Shown here piece after piece: positions 1 through 10,287 of a stretch of DNA of 64,000 nt; the stretch's first letter is position 1; each line of letters starts with the position of its first letter. Made by a program: the position numbers and the translations under genes. This DNA is from an uncultured Candidatus Saccharibacteria bacterium (GTDB taxonomy: Bacteria; Patescibacteriota; Doudnabacteria; UBA920), in contig CAZDIP010000001.1 in assembly GCA_964505635.1 (NCBI GenBank), forward strand, positions 222,412 to 286,411, given 5' to 3'. Below the pieces are notes generated by a model that ran no database searches, was not told the origin of the DNA, and saw only the letters and a list, made by a program, of their open reading frames with translations.

Positions 1-1182
1 ATTTTAGTGCTGGCTAGTGAAGAAAGAGCAGGGGAGAAAGCACAACAAGTTGCCAATAAAATTAAACATAAGTACCAAACCGAATTTTTTAAACTTTTCA
101 TTACCGCGCACCCTGACGGATTAGAAGGTGAAATAAAAGGCAAAAGCGCTAATGCCAGCTATGCTGTAAAATCCATGCTGCCAATTTTAGATAATTTAGG
201 CATTAACCATGAGCATGTTTTGGTTTCCAATTTTGACTCCGACACAATTATTCACCCTCAATATTTTGCCAGAGTCATGTACGAATTTATATTTTCTGAC
301 AAGCCTTACCAAAAAAGCTATCAACCGATAGCAATATACAACAACAATATCTGGGACAGTCCGGCTATTGTCCGAGTCGTAAGCGTTTCTAACTCTTTTT
401 GGCAATTTACCGAAAGTTCCAGACCGGATCGGTTAAGAACTTTTTCTTCCCATACAATGACTTTAAAGGCGTTAAAAGAGGTGGGTTTTTGGAAAAAAGA
501 CATTGTTAATGAAGATGGTTATATTTATTGGCAGTGTTATTTGCATTATGAAGGCGACTACGGGGTGGTGCCGTTATTTATCCCCATAAGCCTAGATACC
601 TGTTTGGCTCAAACAACCTGGGAAACCTTAAAAAATCAATATAAACAAAAAAGACGCTGGGCTTATAATGTCGAATACTATCCCCATTTAATTATGCCTT
701 TGCTCAAAAGTAAGGCTCCTTTACACGACAGGCTCTATAAACTGTTTCAATACATGGAAGGTAATTTTAACTGGGCCACTGCCAGCTTGATGATTTCAAC
801 TTTAGGGTGGATGCCCTTGCTTATTGGTGGAAGTGATTTTAGAAACAGCGTAGTAGGTTTTAATCTGCCGCTTATGACAAAAACCCTTATGAATACTGCG
901 CTGGTTTTTTTAATCTTTAGTGTTTATATTAATATGATTCTATTGCCCCCCAGGCCAAAAAAATACGGCAAAAGCAAAACCATTGCCATGTATTTACAAT
1001 GGTTTTTGGTGCCTTTAACTTCGGTGGTTTTTGGGAGCTTACCGGCTATTGAAGCCCAAACCCGACTTATGCTAGGAAAATATTTAGAATTTTGGGTCAC
1101 TCCCAAAGCCCGCAAAGGGGAAAATACAGCGTTGTCTATGAAAGAAATGCAGTCAGCTTCAGACTTAAAAATTAGTCAATGA
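1..1182 (+). CDS. Membrane glycosyltransferase family 2 (processive, cellulose/chitin-synthase-like), 5' end cut by window edge
   Basis: Frame is open from nt 1 (track Met at 7). Has DSD (DxD) and QKRRW (QxxRW) motifs and C-terminal TM helices. TGA stop overlaps the next ATG (ATGA). Confidence 0.7.
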   Translation: MLVLASEERAGEKAQQVANKIKHKYQTEFFKLFITAHPDGLEGEIKGKSANASYAVKSMLPILDNLGINHEHVLVSNFDSDTIIHPQYFARVMYEFIFSDKPYQKSYQPIAIYNNNIWDSPAIVRVVSVSNSFWQFTESSRPDRLRTFSSHTMTLKALKEVGFWKKDIVNEDGYIYWQCYLHYEGDYGVVPLFIPISLDTCLAQTTWETLKNQYKQKRRWAYNVEYYPHLIMPLLKSKAPLHDRLYKLFQYMEGNFNWATASLMISTLGWMPLLIGGSDFRNSVVGFNLPLMTKTLMNTALVFLIFSVYINMILLPPRPKKYGKSKTIAMYLQWFLVPLTSVVFGSLPAIEAQTRLMLGKYLEFWVTPKARKGENTALSMKEMQSASDLKISQ

Positions 1183-2255
1183 GGTATCTTATTTTTTTCA
1201 CGTTAAGTTTTATTTCTTCAGCCTTACTAACCCACTGGGTCAGAAAACTGGCTTACAAATTTAATATTCTTGATCTTCCGAATGCAAACAGAAAAATCCA
1301 CAAAAAACCCATACCTTTGTTAGGAGGGTTGGGTATATTTGGATCCTTCTTTTTTATTGTATTTCTATATTTAATTTACAGTAAAGTGGATTTTTCAATT
1401 ATCCCCTTAAAATATTTTTACGGGATTTTGCTGGGGGGTGCTGTTTTAATAACCGGGGGAGCAATGGACGATAAATTTAACCTTCCCGCAAAAATCACCT
1501 GGATATTTCCAGCTCTGGCAAGCCTGATTGCCATTTATTTTGGCATAGGCGGCAATCTTACACAAATTTCTAATCCATTTGGGGGCGTGATTGATTTTAA
1601 TTTAACCCTGAACCTATTTAACTTTATAAATTTCAGTCTTGGATGGTTGGTGGTTTTTTTATGGTTAATGGGTATGATTTACACAACCAAATTCCTTGAT
1701 GGTTTAGACGGCTTAAGCAGCGGAATAAGTTTGATTGGCGGACTTACCTTGTTTGCGCTTTCATTGCTGCCGCATATCAATCAAAATATTACGGCAAGTT
1801 TAGCCATAATTTTTTGTGGAACCTTGGCAGGTTTTTTAATTTTTAACTTTCATCCAGCCTCAATTTTCTTAGGCGAAGGGGGAAGCACTTTACTGGGCTT
1901 TATTCTTGGTATACTTTCAATTATTCTAGGCGGAAAAATAGCTACCGCCCTTTTAGTAATGGGTATTCCCATACTTGATGTGGCCTGGGTTATTACAAGA
2001 CGGATTTGGTATAAAGGCAGTCCCTTTAAGGCCGACCGCAAACATTTACATTTTAGGTTACTGGATTTGGGATTTTCCCAACCTCAAGCCGTTGGAATAC
2101 TATGGTCAATATCCGGAATTTTTGGCTTTATGGCCATATTTTTACAATCTAAGGGTAAACTGATAGCTTTGGGCGGGGTTTTTGTAGTCATGCTGATTTT
2201 AGCTATTTCAGTCGTCTTGCTGTACAAACATAAGCATCCGTACATTGAAAAATAA
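1179..2255 (+). CDS. Polyprenyl-phosphate N-acetylhexosamine-1-phosphate transferase (GT4, WecA/MraY family)
   Basis: Polytopic membrane protein. MDDKFN and FLDGLDGL motifs are typical of the MraY/WecA family. Confidence 0.8.
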   Translation: MRYLIFFTLSFISSALLTHWVRKLAYKFNILDLPNANRKIHKKPIPLLGGLGIFGSFFFIVFLYLIYSKVDFSIIPLKYFYGILLGGAVLITGGAMDDKFNLPAKITWIFPALASLIAIYFGIGGNLTQISNPFGGVIDFNLTLNLFNFINFSLGWLVVFLWLMGMIYTTKFLDGLDGLSSGISLIGGLTLFALSLLPHINQNITASLAIIFCGTLAGFLIFNFHPASIFLGEGGSTLLGFILGILSIILGGKIATALLVMGIPILDVAWVITRRIWYKGSPFKADRKHLHFRLLDLGFSQPQAVGILWSISGIFGFMAIFLQSKGKLIALGGVFVVMLILAISVVLLYKHKHPYIEK

Positions 2256-2269
2256 CAATATTTATACGG

Positions 2270-2298
2270 TTGACTTAAACCTTTAAAACTGCTAAAAT
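2270..2298 (+). promoter_or_regulatory. Sigma70-type promoter upstream of rplU
   Basis: TTGACT (2270-2275), 17-nt spacer, TAAAAT (2293-2298). Confidence 0.5.
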
Positions 2299-2357
2299 AT
2301 TAAAGTTAATTATTGACTTAGGCTGTCTACAGGTTGGGCGGCATTAATTACAAAAAG

Positions 2358-2666
2358 ATGAATTTCGCTATAATTCAAACCGGCGGAAAACAATATATTG
2401 TTAAAGCTGGTGACAAAATTCAAATAGAAAAGCTTAAATTAGGCACAGGAGACAGTGTTAAATTTGACAAGGTCTTGTTTACCTTTAACGGAAAGGATGT
2501 AGAAATCGGCAAACCTTATGTTGCCGGGTCTAAAGTTGAAGGTAAAGTAATTAAGCAAGCCAGGGCAAAAAAGATCCATGTCTTAAAATACAGGGCTAAA
2601 AGCAAATATAGGCGCAAAATCGGCCAAAGACAGTATTATACAGAAGTAGAAATTACAAAAATTTAA
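2358..2666 (+). CDS. rplU: 50S ribosomal protein L21
   Basis: MNFAIIQTGGKQYIVKAGDKI is a typical L21 N-terminus. ATG at 2358 is preferred over the track TTG at 2334. Confidence 0.9.
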   Translation: MNFAIIQTGGKQYIVKAGDKIQIEKLKLGTGDSVKFDKVLFTFNGKDVEIGKPYVAGSKVEGKVIKQARAKKIHVLKYRAKSKYRRKIGQRQYYTEVEITKI

Positions 2667-2670
2667 AGTT

Positions 2671-2710
2671 TATAAACCGCCCATTACCAGGGCGGTTTAT
2701 TTTATTATTT
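2671..2710. terminator. Rho-independent terminator (bidirectional) between rplU and the convergent methyltransferase gene
   Basis: TATAAACCGCC / GGCGGTTTAT stem with a 9-nt loop, followed by a T-rich tract. Confidence 0.7.
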
Positions 2711-3354
2711 CAGAGCTTTGTAACTTCCCAAACTTCGCATCTTGGTAAAACATCAGCGACAAAATCCCATTCAGCATCTTTATAATTTAATTTTTTCGCA
2801 TTCAGCAAATCAACTCTTTTCATTTCACGTCTTAACAGCCTGACTTTATAACTTTTAGAACTTTTTAAATCATTGAGTAATTTTTTATAAGATTCCAGAC
2901 CATAAACAATTAAGTCGGTATAAATTAACATTCTGCCTCCACTTTTTAAAACCCTTAAAGCTTCTTGCAAATATTTTTTTCGCTCTGTATAAAAAACCAA
3001 TTTCGGATTTCCGCTCAGCAGTTTACGCTTTATAAAACCAGATAAATTCTTGACCAAAAGTTTTTTGCTTTCTCGATCCCATAACCAGTGCAAAGGGGCG
3101 GAAAAAAAATTTCCTACAATTATTTTATCAAATTCTCCTTGACCAAAAGGTAATTTTTTTGCATCGCAAATCTTGAAAGTACAAGAAAAAGTTTTTTTTG
3201 TATTCTTAAAATATTCCGCGATTTTTAGTTTAGCTCTAATAAGTCGCTGGTCGTTAACTTCTGCCAAAAAATATTCGTCCTCAGGTCTGAATTTAATATC
3301 ATATCTTAAAAAATACGGGTTTTCTCCGGCACCTAAGTCTAATATTTTTTCCAT
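2710..3354 (-). CDS. Class I SAM-dependent methyltransferase (substrate unknown)
   Basis: ILDLGAGEN motif I close to the N-terminus. Size fits a Rossmann-type methyltransferase. Confidence 0.5.
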   Translation of the reverse strand: MEKILDLGAGENPYFLRYDIKFRPEDEYFLAEVNDQRLIRAKLKIAEYFKNTKKTFSCTFKICDAKKLPFGQGEFDKIIVGNFFSAPLHWLWDRESKKLLVKNLSGFIKRKLLSGNPKLVFYTERKKYLQEALRVLKSGGRMLIYTDLIVYGLESYKKLLNDLKSSKSYKVRLLRREMKRVDLLNAKKLNYKDAEWDFVADVLPRCEVWEVTKL

Positions 3355-3966
3355 TTAAAATTCCCTTCGGCCTTCCATGGCTCTAGTTAGTGTTATTTCG
3401 TCCGCATATTCCAAATCACCACCCATAGGCAAACCACGGGCAATGCGCGTAATTGTAATGTTAGGGAGGTCGGATTTAATTCTTTTAGCCAAATGCATGG
3501 CCGTAGTTTCTCCTTCTAAAGAAGGGTTAGTAGCTAAAATGATTTCTTTAATTTGACTATTTTTTTCCTTCAATCTTACAATTAAGGACTCTATATTTAA
3601 TTTTTCAGGTCCGATCCCTTCAAGTGGATTTAAAACGCCTCCAAGCACATGGAATAATCCCCTAAAAGTACCCGCTTTGTCTATAGCTAACGCGTCCAAG
3701 GGCTCTTCCACCACGCATAAAATACTCTGTTCCCTGGTTTTATCTGAGCAAATCTCGCACGGGTCAGTTTCCACCATATTGTGGCAAATACCGCAAAACA
3801 CCACTCCGTTTTTTAAATTGCTTACTGCCGACGAAAGTTCTGCTAAATCTATATTGTCCCTTTTCAACAAAAAAAAGCCAAGTCTTTGAGCGGTTTTAGG
3901 GCCTATTCCAGGTAACTTGGAAAGCTCATTTATTAATTTTTGAAGAGAGCTTGGTAGTTTGGTCAT
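3355..3966 (-). CDS. recR: Recombination protein RecR
   Basis: N-terminal HhH (LPGIGPKTAQRL), C4 zinc finger (CGICHN..CEIC), Toprim-like C-terminus. Confidence 0.9.
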   Translation of the reverse strand: MTKLPSSLQKLINELSKLPGIGPKTAQRLGFFLLKRDNIDLAELSSAVSNLKNGVVFCGICHNMVETDPCEICSDKTREQSILCVVEEPLDALAIDKAGTFRGLFHVLGGVLNPLEGIGPEKLNIESLIVRLKEKNSQIKEIILATNPSLEGETTAMHLAKRIKSDLPNITITRIARGLPMGGDLEYADEITLTRAMEGRREF

Positions 3967-4001
3967 TTAAATATTTATAAATAAACCTTAATACTAATCA
4001 A

Positions 4002-5381
4002 TTATTCTGCCTGGCTCGCTGCCTGCATGACTGCTTGCGGGGAAACATCAAAAGTTTTATCCAAATTTTTAAAGGAAGTTTTATCCTGTTCAAAATATAA
4101 ATCCACCTGACCCGTAGGTCCATTTCTGTGTTTTTTTACGTGAATTTCCGCAATATTAGGACGGCGGCTGTCTTTGCCTTTATACATGTCCTCGCGGTAA
4201 ATAAACATAACAACATCTGCGTCCTGTTCAATAGAGCCAGACTCACGAAGGTCGGAAAGTTGAGGTACTTTATCGGGACGGTTTTCCACCCCGCGCGACA
4301 GCTGGGAAAGCGCCAAAACAGGAACATTTAATTCACGGGCCAAAATTTTCAAACTTCGAGAAATTTCAGAGACTTCCTGGACGCGGTTGTCAGTATTATG
4401 GCCTTCCATAAGCTGCAAATAATCAACTACAATTAGCCCCACATTATGCTCCGACTGCAGACGTCTGGCTTTGGTTCTTACTTCCATTATATTACTGCCG
4501 GCTGAGTCATCTATAAAAATTGGCGCTTCTGACAATTGCCCCATGGCTTCGCCGATTTTTTCAAAATCCTCATCGTTTAAATGGCCGGTACGTATTTTCC
4601 ACAAATTAACGTCGCTCTGTGAGGATAAAAGACGATCAACCAACTGGTCTTTGCTCATTTCCAAAGAAAAAATGCCAACCGGAATTTTTAAATTTACCCC
4701 AATATGGCGCATTATATCCAAAGCCAGGCTGGTTTTGCCCATGGAAGGACGCGCAGCCAAAACTATTAAATCGGATTTTTGCATGCCGCCAAGCAAGTTG
4801 TCCATATCAATATAGCCGGTTGACACGCCCCTCAAACTGCCCTTGTCTCTATGTAGTTCGTCTATCCTTTCAAAAGTGGAATGGAGGATTGTAGAAATTG
4901 AAATGAAATTCTGTTTTAAATGCTTTTGCGAAACACCAAATAATTTTTGTTCCGCTGCATCCAAAATATTTTCCACTTCACCCTCTTCCTTATAAGCCAG
5001 GCTGCTGATTTCCCCGGCGGTTTGTATAAGCCTTCTTAAACTGCCTTTCTTTCTTACAATAAAAGCGTAATGGACGACATTATTAGCCGAGGGCACCATA
5101 TTTACCAACTGGGTCAAATAGCTGCTGCCGCCAATAGTTTCCAAAAGTTTCTTTTCTTCAAGCAGGTTCGTAACGGTTAAAATGTCTATGGGGGTATTTT
5201 TTGAAAAAAGTTCAACTGCCGTTTCGTAAATCAGCTTATGCCTATGGTCATAAAAGTCATCTGCTGAGATTACGTCGGCAATTTTTATAATTGCGTCCCT
5301 ATCTAGCATAACGCAGCCCAAAACCGACATTTCTGCTTCGTTGTTTTGAGGAGGAACTCTCTGAACTGTAGAATTATCCAT
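4002..5381 (-). CDS. dnaB: Replicative DNA helicase DnaB
   Basis: PPQNNEAEMSVLGCVMLD N-terminal signature, Walker A ARPSMGKT, RecA-like C-terminal domain. Confidence 0.95.
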   Translation of the reverse strand: MDNSTVQRVPPQNNEAEMSVLGCVMLDRDAIIKIADVISADDFYDHRHKLIYETAVELFSKNTPIDILTVTNLLEEKKLLETIGGSSYLTQLVNMVPSANNVVHYAFIVRKKGSLRRLIQTAGEISSLAYKEEGEVENILDAAEQKLFGVSQKHLKQNFISISTILHSTFERIDELHRDKGSLRGVSTGYIDMDNLLGGMQKSDLIVLAARPSMGKTSLALDIMRHIGVNLKIPVGIFSLEMSKDQLVDRLLSSQSDVNLWKIRTGHLNDEDFEKIGEAMGQLSEAPIFIDDSAGSNIMEVRTKARRLQSEHNVGLIVVDYLQLMEGHNTDNRVQEVSEISRSLKILARELNVPVLALSQLSRGVENRPDKVPQLSDLRESGSIEQDADVVMFIYREDMYKGKDSRRPNIAEIHVKKHRNGPTGQVDLYFEQDKTSFKNLDKTFDVSPQAVMQAASQAE

Positions 5382-5548
5382 AAAAAATAACTAGAATATT
5401 TATAGTTAATTATAACTAAAGTTAAACATTTTTAAAACAGTAAAAAAGCCCTTGTTTAAGGGCTAAACTGCATAAGTTGTGCAGAAATAGGGGACAAATA
5501 AACTCATAAAATGCTAAAATAAGAAAAATTAACACTTTATTTAATTTA

Positions 5549-5863
5549 ATGTCCTCCGAAATAAAAAACGGCGAACCAGCCGAAAAACCAGAAGCCCCGT
5601 CAATTACTTGGACAAAAACCGTTTTGGATAGGTGTGAAAGGCTAATTAATGACCCGACTGAATATAAACCAAAAACATTTTATGACCCAGTTATGCAGAC
5701 TATTGAAAATGAGTTAATACCGAGGCTAAAAATTGCGCCTTACCAAAATAAAGTTATTGTAAGAAATTTGCTTTTGGAATTTCTAAGTAAATACGAAGCA
5801 AGTTTGCCGGCAAGTGTTATTGACAAATTATCTCAGCTATCTACTGAGACAATAGAAAAGTAA
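5549..5863 (+). CDS. Hypothetical protein
   Basis: 104-aa ORF with no recognisable motif. Confidence 0.35.
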   Translation: MSSEIKNGEPAEKPEAPSITWTKTVLDRCERLINDPTEYKPKTFYDPVMQTIENELIPRLKIAPYQNKVIVRNLLLEFLSKYEASLPASVIDKLSQLSTETIEK

Positions 5864-5873
5864 CAAGTAAATC

Positions 5874-7214
5874 TTACTTTTTACTTGCCTTCTGTCCTTG
5901 CGGGGTATCTTTGACTTCGTACCCCAAAGACTCGATCTTTAACCTTAATTCATCTGATTTTTGGAAGTCTTTAGCATCCCTGGCCGCCTGGCGCTCAGCT
6001 AAAAGTTTTTCAACTTTTTCTGGTAAGGGTTCTTGGACTTTTTCGTTAAAAAAATTGAGGCCAAAAACTTGATCAGGGCTAACGTTTCCATCATGCAGTT
6101 TAAAACTTAATCCAAGAGCCTTAGGTATGTTCAAATTATCATTTAACGCATCAGTAACCTCAGCGTAAACTTTATCTTCCTCATAATTATCTGTCCGTTG
6201 GGTAATCAGACGATCGGTTTTTTTAAAAGTATCTATGAGGAAGTTCATCTGCGTTTGATAGTGTGCGCCACAGAGTGTGGATCTTAATACATTTCCAGCA
6301 ATTGGATTAAATGCTTCCAGATCTTTTAAAGTATAAAAATTTCCCGCACTCTTTGCCATTTTTCTGCCATCTACCAACAAATGTTCGGAATGAAACCAAT
6401 GATGCACAAAATTACCTTTACCTAGCAAGGCTTGGCTTTGTGCTATTTCATTGGTGTGGTGGGGGAATATTAAATCTACGCCGCCTGTGTGAATGTCTGT
6501 CGGTTCGCCATTAAATGCGACTTTGTTTATAACCGAGCATTCAATATGCCAGCCCGGACGGCCTTTGCCCAAAGTTTCGTGATCCCAATATATATTTCCA
6601 TCAGTCTCTGGGTTATATGCTTTCCATAAAGCAAAATCTGACAAATTGTCTTTTTCATACTCGTCTACTGCCACACGAGCGCCAACTTTTTTGCCTTCTA
6701 TAAATTTCTCTCCAACCAGTTGGCCGTAGTCGCCAAAATCTTTTTGGTATTTTTCAATACTAAAATAAGTACTGCCGTCTTCGGCTTTATATGCATAACC
6801 CTTGTTAATTAGCTCAACAATAAACTCCTGGATTTCCGGCATCTTTTCCGTCACGCGAACAAACTCTATTTCATCTACTAACACGTTAACTTCGCGCAGG
6901 TCGCTAATAAAAGCCAAACGGTATTCTTCTGTAAAATCAAACAATTCTTTTACCCCGGCGTTTTCCCCATATTTCTCAATAGTCCCTTTTATAGTTTTGT
7001 CGTCAATATCCGTTAAATTCATAACCCAGCGTGGCTGATAGCTGTCATATTTAAGCGTACGGTAGAGCAAATCTGCCAAAATAAAACTGCGCAAATTACC
7101 AATATGGGCATAATTATATATAGTTGGACCGCAAGTATACATATTAAAATTGCGGTTTTGGGGCTTTTGAATTTCTTCGATTTCCTTTGTTAAAGTGTTG
7201 TAGAGTTTTAGCAT
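5874..7214 (-). CDS. cysS: Cysteine--tRNA ligase
   Basis: CGPTIYNYAHIGN (HIGH region) and KMAKSAGN (KMSKS). Confidence 0.95.
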   Translation of the reverse strand: MLKLYNTLTKEIEEIQKPQNRNFNMYTCGPTIYNYAHIGNLRSFILADLLYRTLKYDSYQPRWVMNLTDIDDKTIKGTIEKYGENAGVKELFDFTEEYRLAFISDLREVNVLVDEIEFVRVTEKMPEIQEFIVELINKGYAYKAEDGSTYFSIEKYQKDFGDYGQLVGEKFIEGKKVGARVAVDEYEKDNLSDFALWKAYNPETDGNIYWDHETLGKGRPGWHIECSVINKVAFNGEPTDIHTGGVDLIFPHHTNEIAQSQALLGKGNFVHHWFHSEHLLVDGRKMAKSAGNFYTLKDLEAFNPIAGNVLRSTLCGAHYQTQMNFLIDTFKKTDRLITQRTDNYEEDKVYAEVTDALNDNLNIPKALGLSFKLHDGNVSPDQVFGLNFFNEKVQEPLPEKVEKLLAERQAARDAKDFQKSDELRLKIESLGYEVKDTPQGQKASKK

Positions 7215-7304
7215 AAAAGCATTATATCAAATATCAATAAAAACAACGATGGGCATTTTCTGTTTAAGCAGAAAATGCCCATCTGATATAAAGCTAAAAA
7301 TAGG

Positions 7305-9008
7305 TTAGACGATTGCCTCTAAATGACCTTTGCGTAATTTTTTTAATGCGCTTAAGGTATTTGCTTCCTCTAAAATCTTTGCCAAATGCAGGCCGCCAAT
7401 AAAGTGAGGGGAAAGTACATAGTCAACACCGTTTTCGTACAGGTACTTGCTTTCAAAATCGTTTTGCGCTGTAAAAATTGTCTTAGGCTTTCTTGGATAT
7501 TGCTTCAAAGCTGCCAAAAGACTCAGGTTATCGTCTAAGTCAGGTACGGTAGATATAATTAATTTTGCCTTATTTAAATTGATCTGTTCTTGAATATATG
7601 GATCGGCAATATCTCCGCAAATAGTAGTTATGCCCGCAAGCTCGTGTTTTAGAGCAATGTGAGGATCAAAATCTACCACAACGAGCTTATGGCTTTTGCT
7701 GCTTAACTCGTGCAAAAATCTGCTGCCTAGACGATTAGCACCCACTAAAATAACATGGCTTTTGAATCCGTCCTCATTAAAAAATTTTTCGGCATTACCA
7801 TTCCCAAAATTAAACCATCTCAAATACGGATGTAAAAAATTATATAAAGGCTTAGTGTACAAAATCATATAGGAAGAAACAGCCATTGTAATTAGACCTA
7901 TAATGGTTATCAGCCCCAAAATATCCCCGGAAACATGGCCGAGACGGTTGGCCAAAGCAATAACCACAAAGCTAAATTCACTAATTTGAGCTGTTGTAAC
8001 AGCAGCAAAAAAAGATGTTCTGGGTGTATAGCCTAAATAACCCATAATCAACATCATTAAAAAGGGCTGAACGAGTATTACAAACAAACTGAAAATCACG
8101 GCCGGCAAAAGCATAGACAACACTCCGGCAAAAGCCAGCTTAGTACCGAATACAATAAAAAATAAGATTAAGAAAAAATCCCGCAAATACTTTATGCGAG
8201 CAGAAATCTCATAATGAACCTGTGTGCTAGCCAAGCTTAAGCCAGCAACAAAGCCCCCAACTTCCAACGAAAACCCAACGGCTGGAAAAGACATAAAAGA
8301 GGCAAGGCCCAAAGCCCAGGCCAAAGCAAAAATCATAAGTAGTTCATCTGACTGGCCGAACCTGTTTAAAAATTTAGGCATTACTTTTTTACTTATCCAT
8401 GACAAAAGTAAGACTAAAATCAAAACCTTAACGCTCATAGCGAGTAAATACTGCCATGTGGGAAGACTTCTAAAAATATCAACCCCCATTTCATGCCCAC
8501 CGGCCCCGCCCAAAAACAAAAGGATAGCCAAAGCTGCAAAATCCTGAATGATTAAAAATCCTACTGTAATTCTGGCATATAAACTTTGTAAATCCTTTTT
8601 ATCCGAAAGTAATTTAACAACAATAATTGTTGAGGAAAAAGTGAGTGCGATGGCTATGTACCAAGCCGTAACATTTGAAAAACCAAAGGCAAGGCTTATT
8701 AAATAACCCAAAGCCGCAGTTAAAACCATGTGCCCTATGCCTGTATAAATCGCCACCTTACCCAATTGGCGAATTCGTTTTATATCCAATTCCAAGCCGA
8801 CCATAAACAGCAGCAAAGTTATGCCGATTTGCCCCAGTGAATCCAATACTTCCTTATGTTCAAGCTGAATATACCCCAAAGGCCCGACTATAAGCCCGGT
8901 TAAAATAAAGGCTATAACACTGGGTTGCTTAAGCCAGCTTACCAGCACGGCAATTAAGCCGGCCAAAACTAAAACCCCGGTAATTTGATAAAAAATAGTT
9001 TGATCCAA
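7305..9008 (-). CDS. Cation:proton antiporter (CPA2/Kef-type) with C-terminal RCK/TrkA-N domain
   Basis: About 12 TM helices, then a Rossmann-like HVILVGANRLG segment. Confidence 0.8.
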   Translation of the reverse strand: MDQTIFYQITGVLVLAGLIAVLVSWLKQPSVIAFILTGLIVGPLGYIQLEHKEVLDSLGQIGITLLLFMVGLELDIKRIRQLGKVAIYTGIGHMVLTAALGYLISLAFGFSNVTAWYIAIALTFSSTIIVVKLLSDKKDLQSLYARITVGFLIIQDFAALAILLFLGGAGGHEMGVDIFRSLPTWQYLLAMSVKVLILVLLLSWISKKVMPKFLNRFGQSDELLMIFALAWALGLASFMSFPAVGFSLEVGGFVAGLSLASTQVHYEISARIKYLRDFFLILFFIVFGTKLAFAGVLSMLLPAVIFSLFVILVQPFLMMLIMGYLGYTPRTSFFAAVTTAQISEFSFVVIALANRLGHVSGDILGLITIIGLITMAVSSYMILYTKPLYNFLHPYLRWFNFGNGNAEKFFNEDGFKSHVILVGANRLGSRFLHELSSKSHKLVVVDFDPHIALKHELAGITTICGDIADPYIQEQINLNKAKLIISTVPDLDDNLSLLAALKQYPRKPKTIFTAQNDFESKYLYENGVDYVLSPHFIGGLHLAKILEEANTLSALKKLRKGHLEAIV

Positions 9009-9050
9009 TTTTGTTTCAATATGAAATATTTTTATTATTTTATCACAATC

Positions 9051-9079
9051 TTGTCAAAATCCCCAAATTATTGTAAAAT
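9051..9079 (+). promoter_or_regulatory. Sigma70-type promoter upstream of adk
   Basis: TTGTCA (9051-9056), 17-nt spacer, TAAAAT (9074-9079). The ATG lies only 9 nt downstream. Confidence 0.5.
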
Positions 9080-9088
9080 AAGACATCT

Positions 9089-9661
9089 ATGGAATTAAGT
9101 ACCATTTTTTTTATTGGTCCCCAAGGATCAGGCAAAGGCACGCAAGCGCGGGCCTTGGCAGAGCGCCTTGGGTTTTTTTATTGGGAGATGGGGGCTATTT
9201 TAAGAGCCATGCGAAACGAAAAGGGTGATTTGGCTAAGCAAGTTACAGAACTTATTGACCAAGGATTCCTACTGACCGATGACATGCTTTTGCAGGTAGT
9301 AAAACAAAAATTATCCATGATTCCAACACAAAAAGGCGTGATTTTTGACGGTATTCCAAGGCGCTTGGGCCAAGCCCAATTTTTGCTCAACGAATTAAAA
9401 AAACAGGGGAGGAAAAATTTTGTAAGTCTGTTTGTCAACTTACCAAAAAGTGAAAGTTTGAGCAGGTTGCTGCTTCGGGCTCAAAAAGAACACAGAGCGG
9501 ACGATACTAAAGAAAAAATAGAATTCCGCTTAAAGCAATACGAGAAAGACACCCTTCCAGTCTTAGATTTTTTAAAGGAAAATACTGCTTTTTTTGAAAT
9601 TGATGGCACGCCCGGTATTGAGACGGTTAAGGAAAATATTAACAAAATTTTACAATTATAA
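9089..9661 (+). CDS. adk: Adenylate kinase (short type, no zinc lid)
   Basis: P-loop GPQGSGKGTQ. adk-map order matches the end of the spc operon. Confidence 0.85.
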   Translation: MELSTIFFIGPQGSGKGTQARALAERLGFFYWEMGAILRAMRNEKGDLAKQVTELIDQGFLLTDDMLLQVVKQKLSMIPTQKGVIFDGIPRRLGQAQFLLNELKKQGRKNFVSLFVNLPKSESLSRLLLRAQKEHRADDTKEKIEFRLKQYEKDTLPVLDFLKENTAFFEIDGTPGIETVKENINKILQL

Positions 9662-9672
9662 TTTTATACCGC

Positions 9673-10287
9673 ATGCCTAAAAGCAAAACTTTAAATTTAA
9701 TTTTGTTGGGTGATCCGGCTGCGGGCAAAGCTACCCATGCCAAATATTTATGCCAGGCATTTAATATGTACGACTTGGATATGGGCAAGGAATTAAGAAA
9801 TATTAAAGACGCTAATAAAAAAAAGAGTTTGGGTTTAGACAAAACTCTAGACAAAGGAAAATTAACGCCTACGCAAGTTGTAAGAAAAATTCTGCATGAC
9901 AAAATCCATGGTACGCCAAAAACCAAAGGCATTCTTTTTGACGGGACGCCGAAAATGATAGGCGAGGCCAAGCTGGTAGTTAAGTGGCTTAAAGCAGAAC
10001 AACGGACAAAACCTCTGGTTATTTATATGTCCATTCCCATGAAAGAAACAGTCAAAAGAATGACGGAGCGCAAAGAAGACTTTAAAGGCAAATTTTCCCG
10101 CCGCGCTGACGACGATATAAAGGCTTTGCAAAATCGGGTAAAATATTACCGCGAAAATATTTCTGAAGTTGTAAAATATTTCAAAACAATATATGAATTT
10201 AAAAAAATATCTTCCAACGCCCCGGTACCAAAAGTAAGAAAAATTTTAGTGAAATTAATATCAGATCATGCCAAAAGGATTAATTAA
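9673..10287 (+). CDS. Second adenylate kinase-like NMP kinase (paralog)
   Basis: P-loop GDPAAGKAT; FDGTPK (compare FDGIPR in the first copy); RRADD LID remnant. Confidence 0.7.
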   Translation: MPKSKTLNLILLGDPAAGKATHAKYLCQAFNMYDLDMGKELRNIKDANKKKSLGLDKTLDKGKLTPTQVVRKILHDKIHGTPKTKGILFDGTPKMIGEAKLVVKWLKAEQRTKPLVIYMSIPMKETVKRMTERKEDFKGKFSRRADDDIKALQNRVKYYRENISEVVKYFKTIYEFKKISSNAPVPKVRKILVKLISDHAKRIN

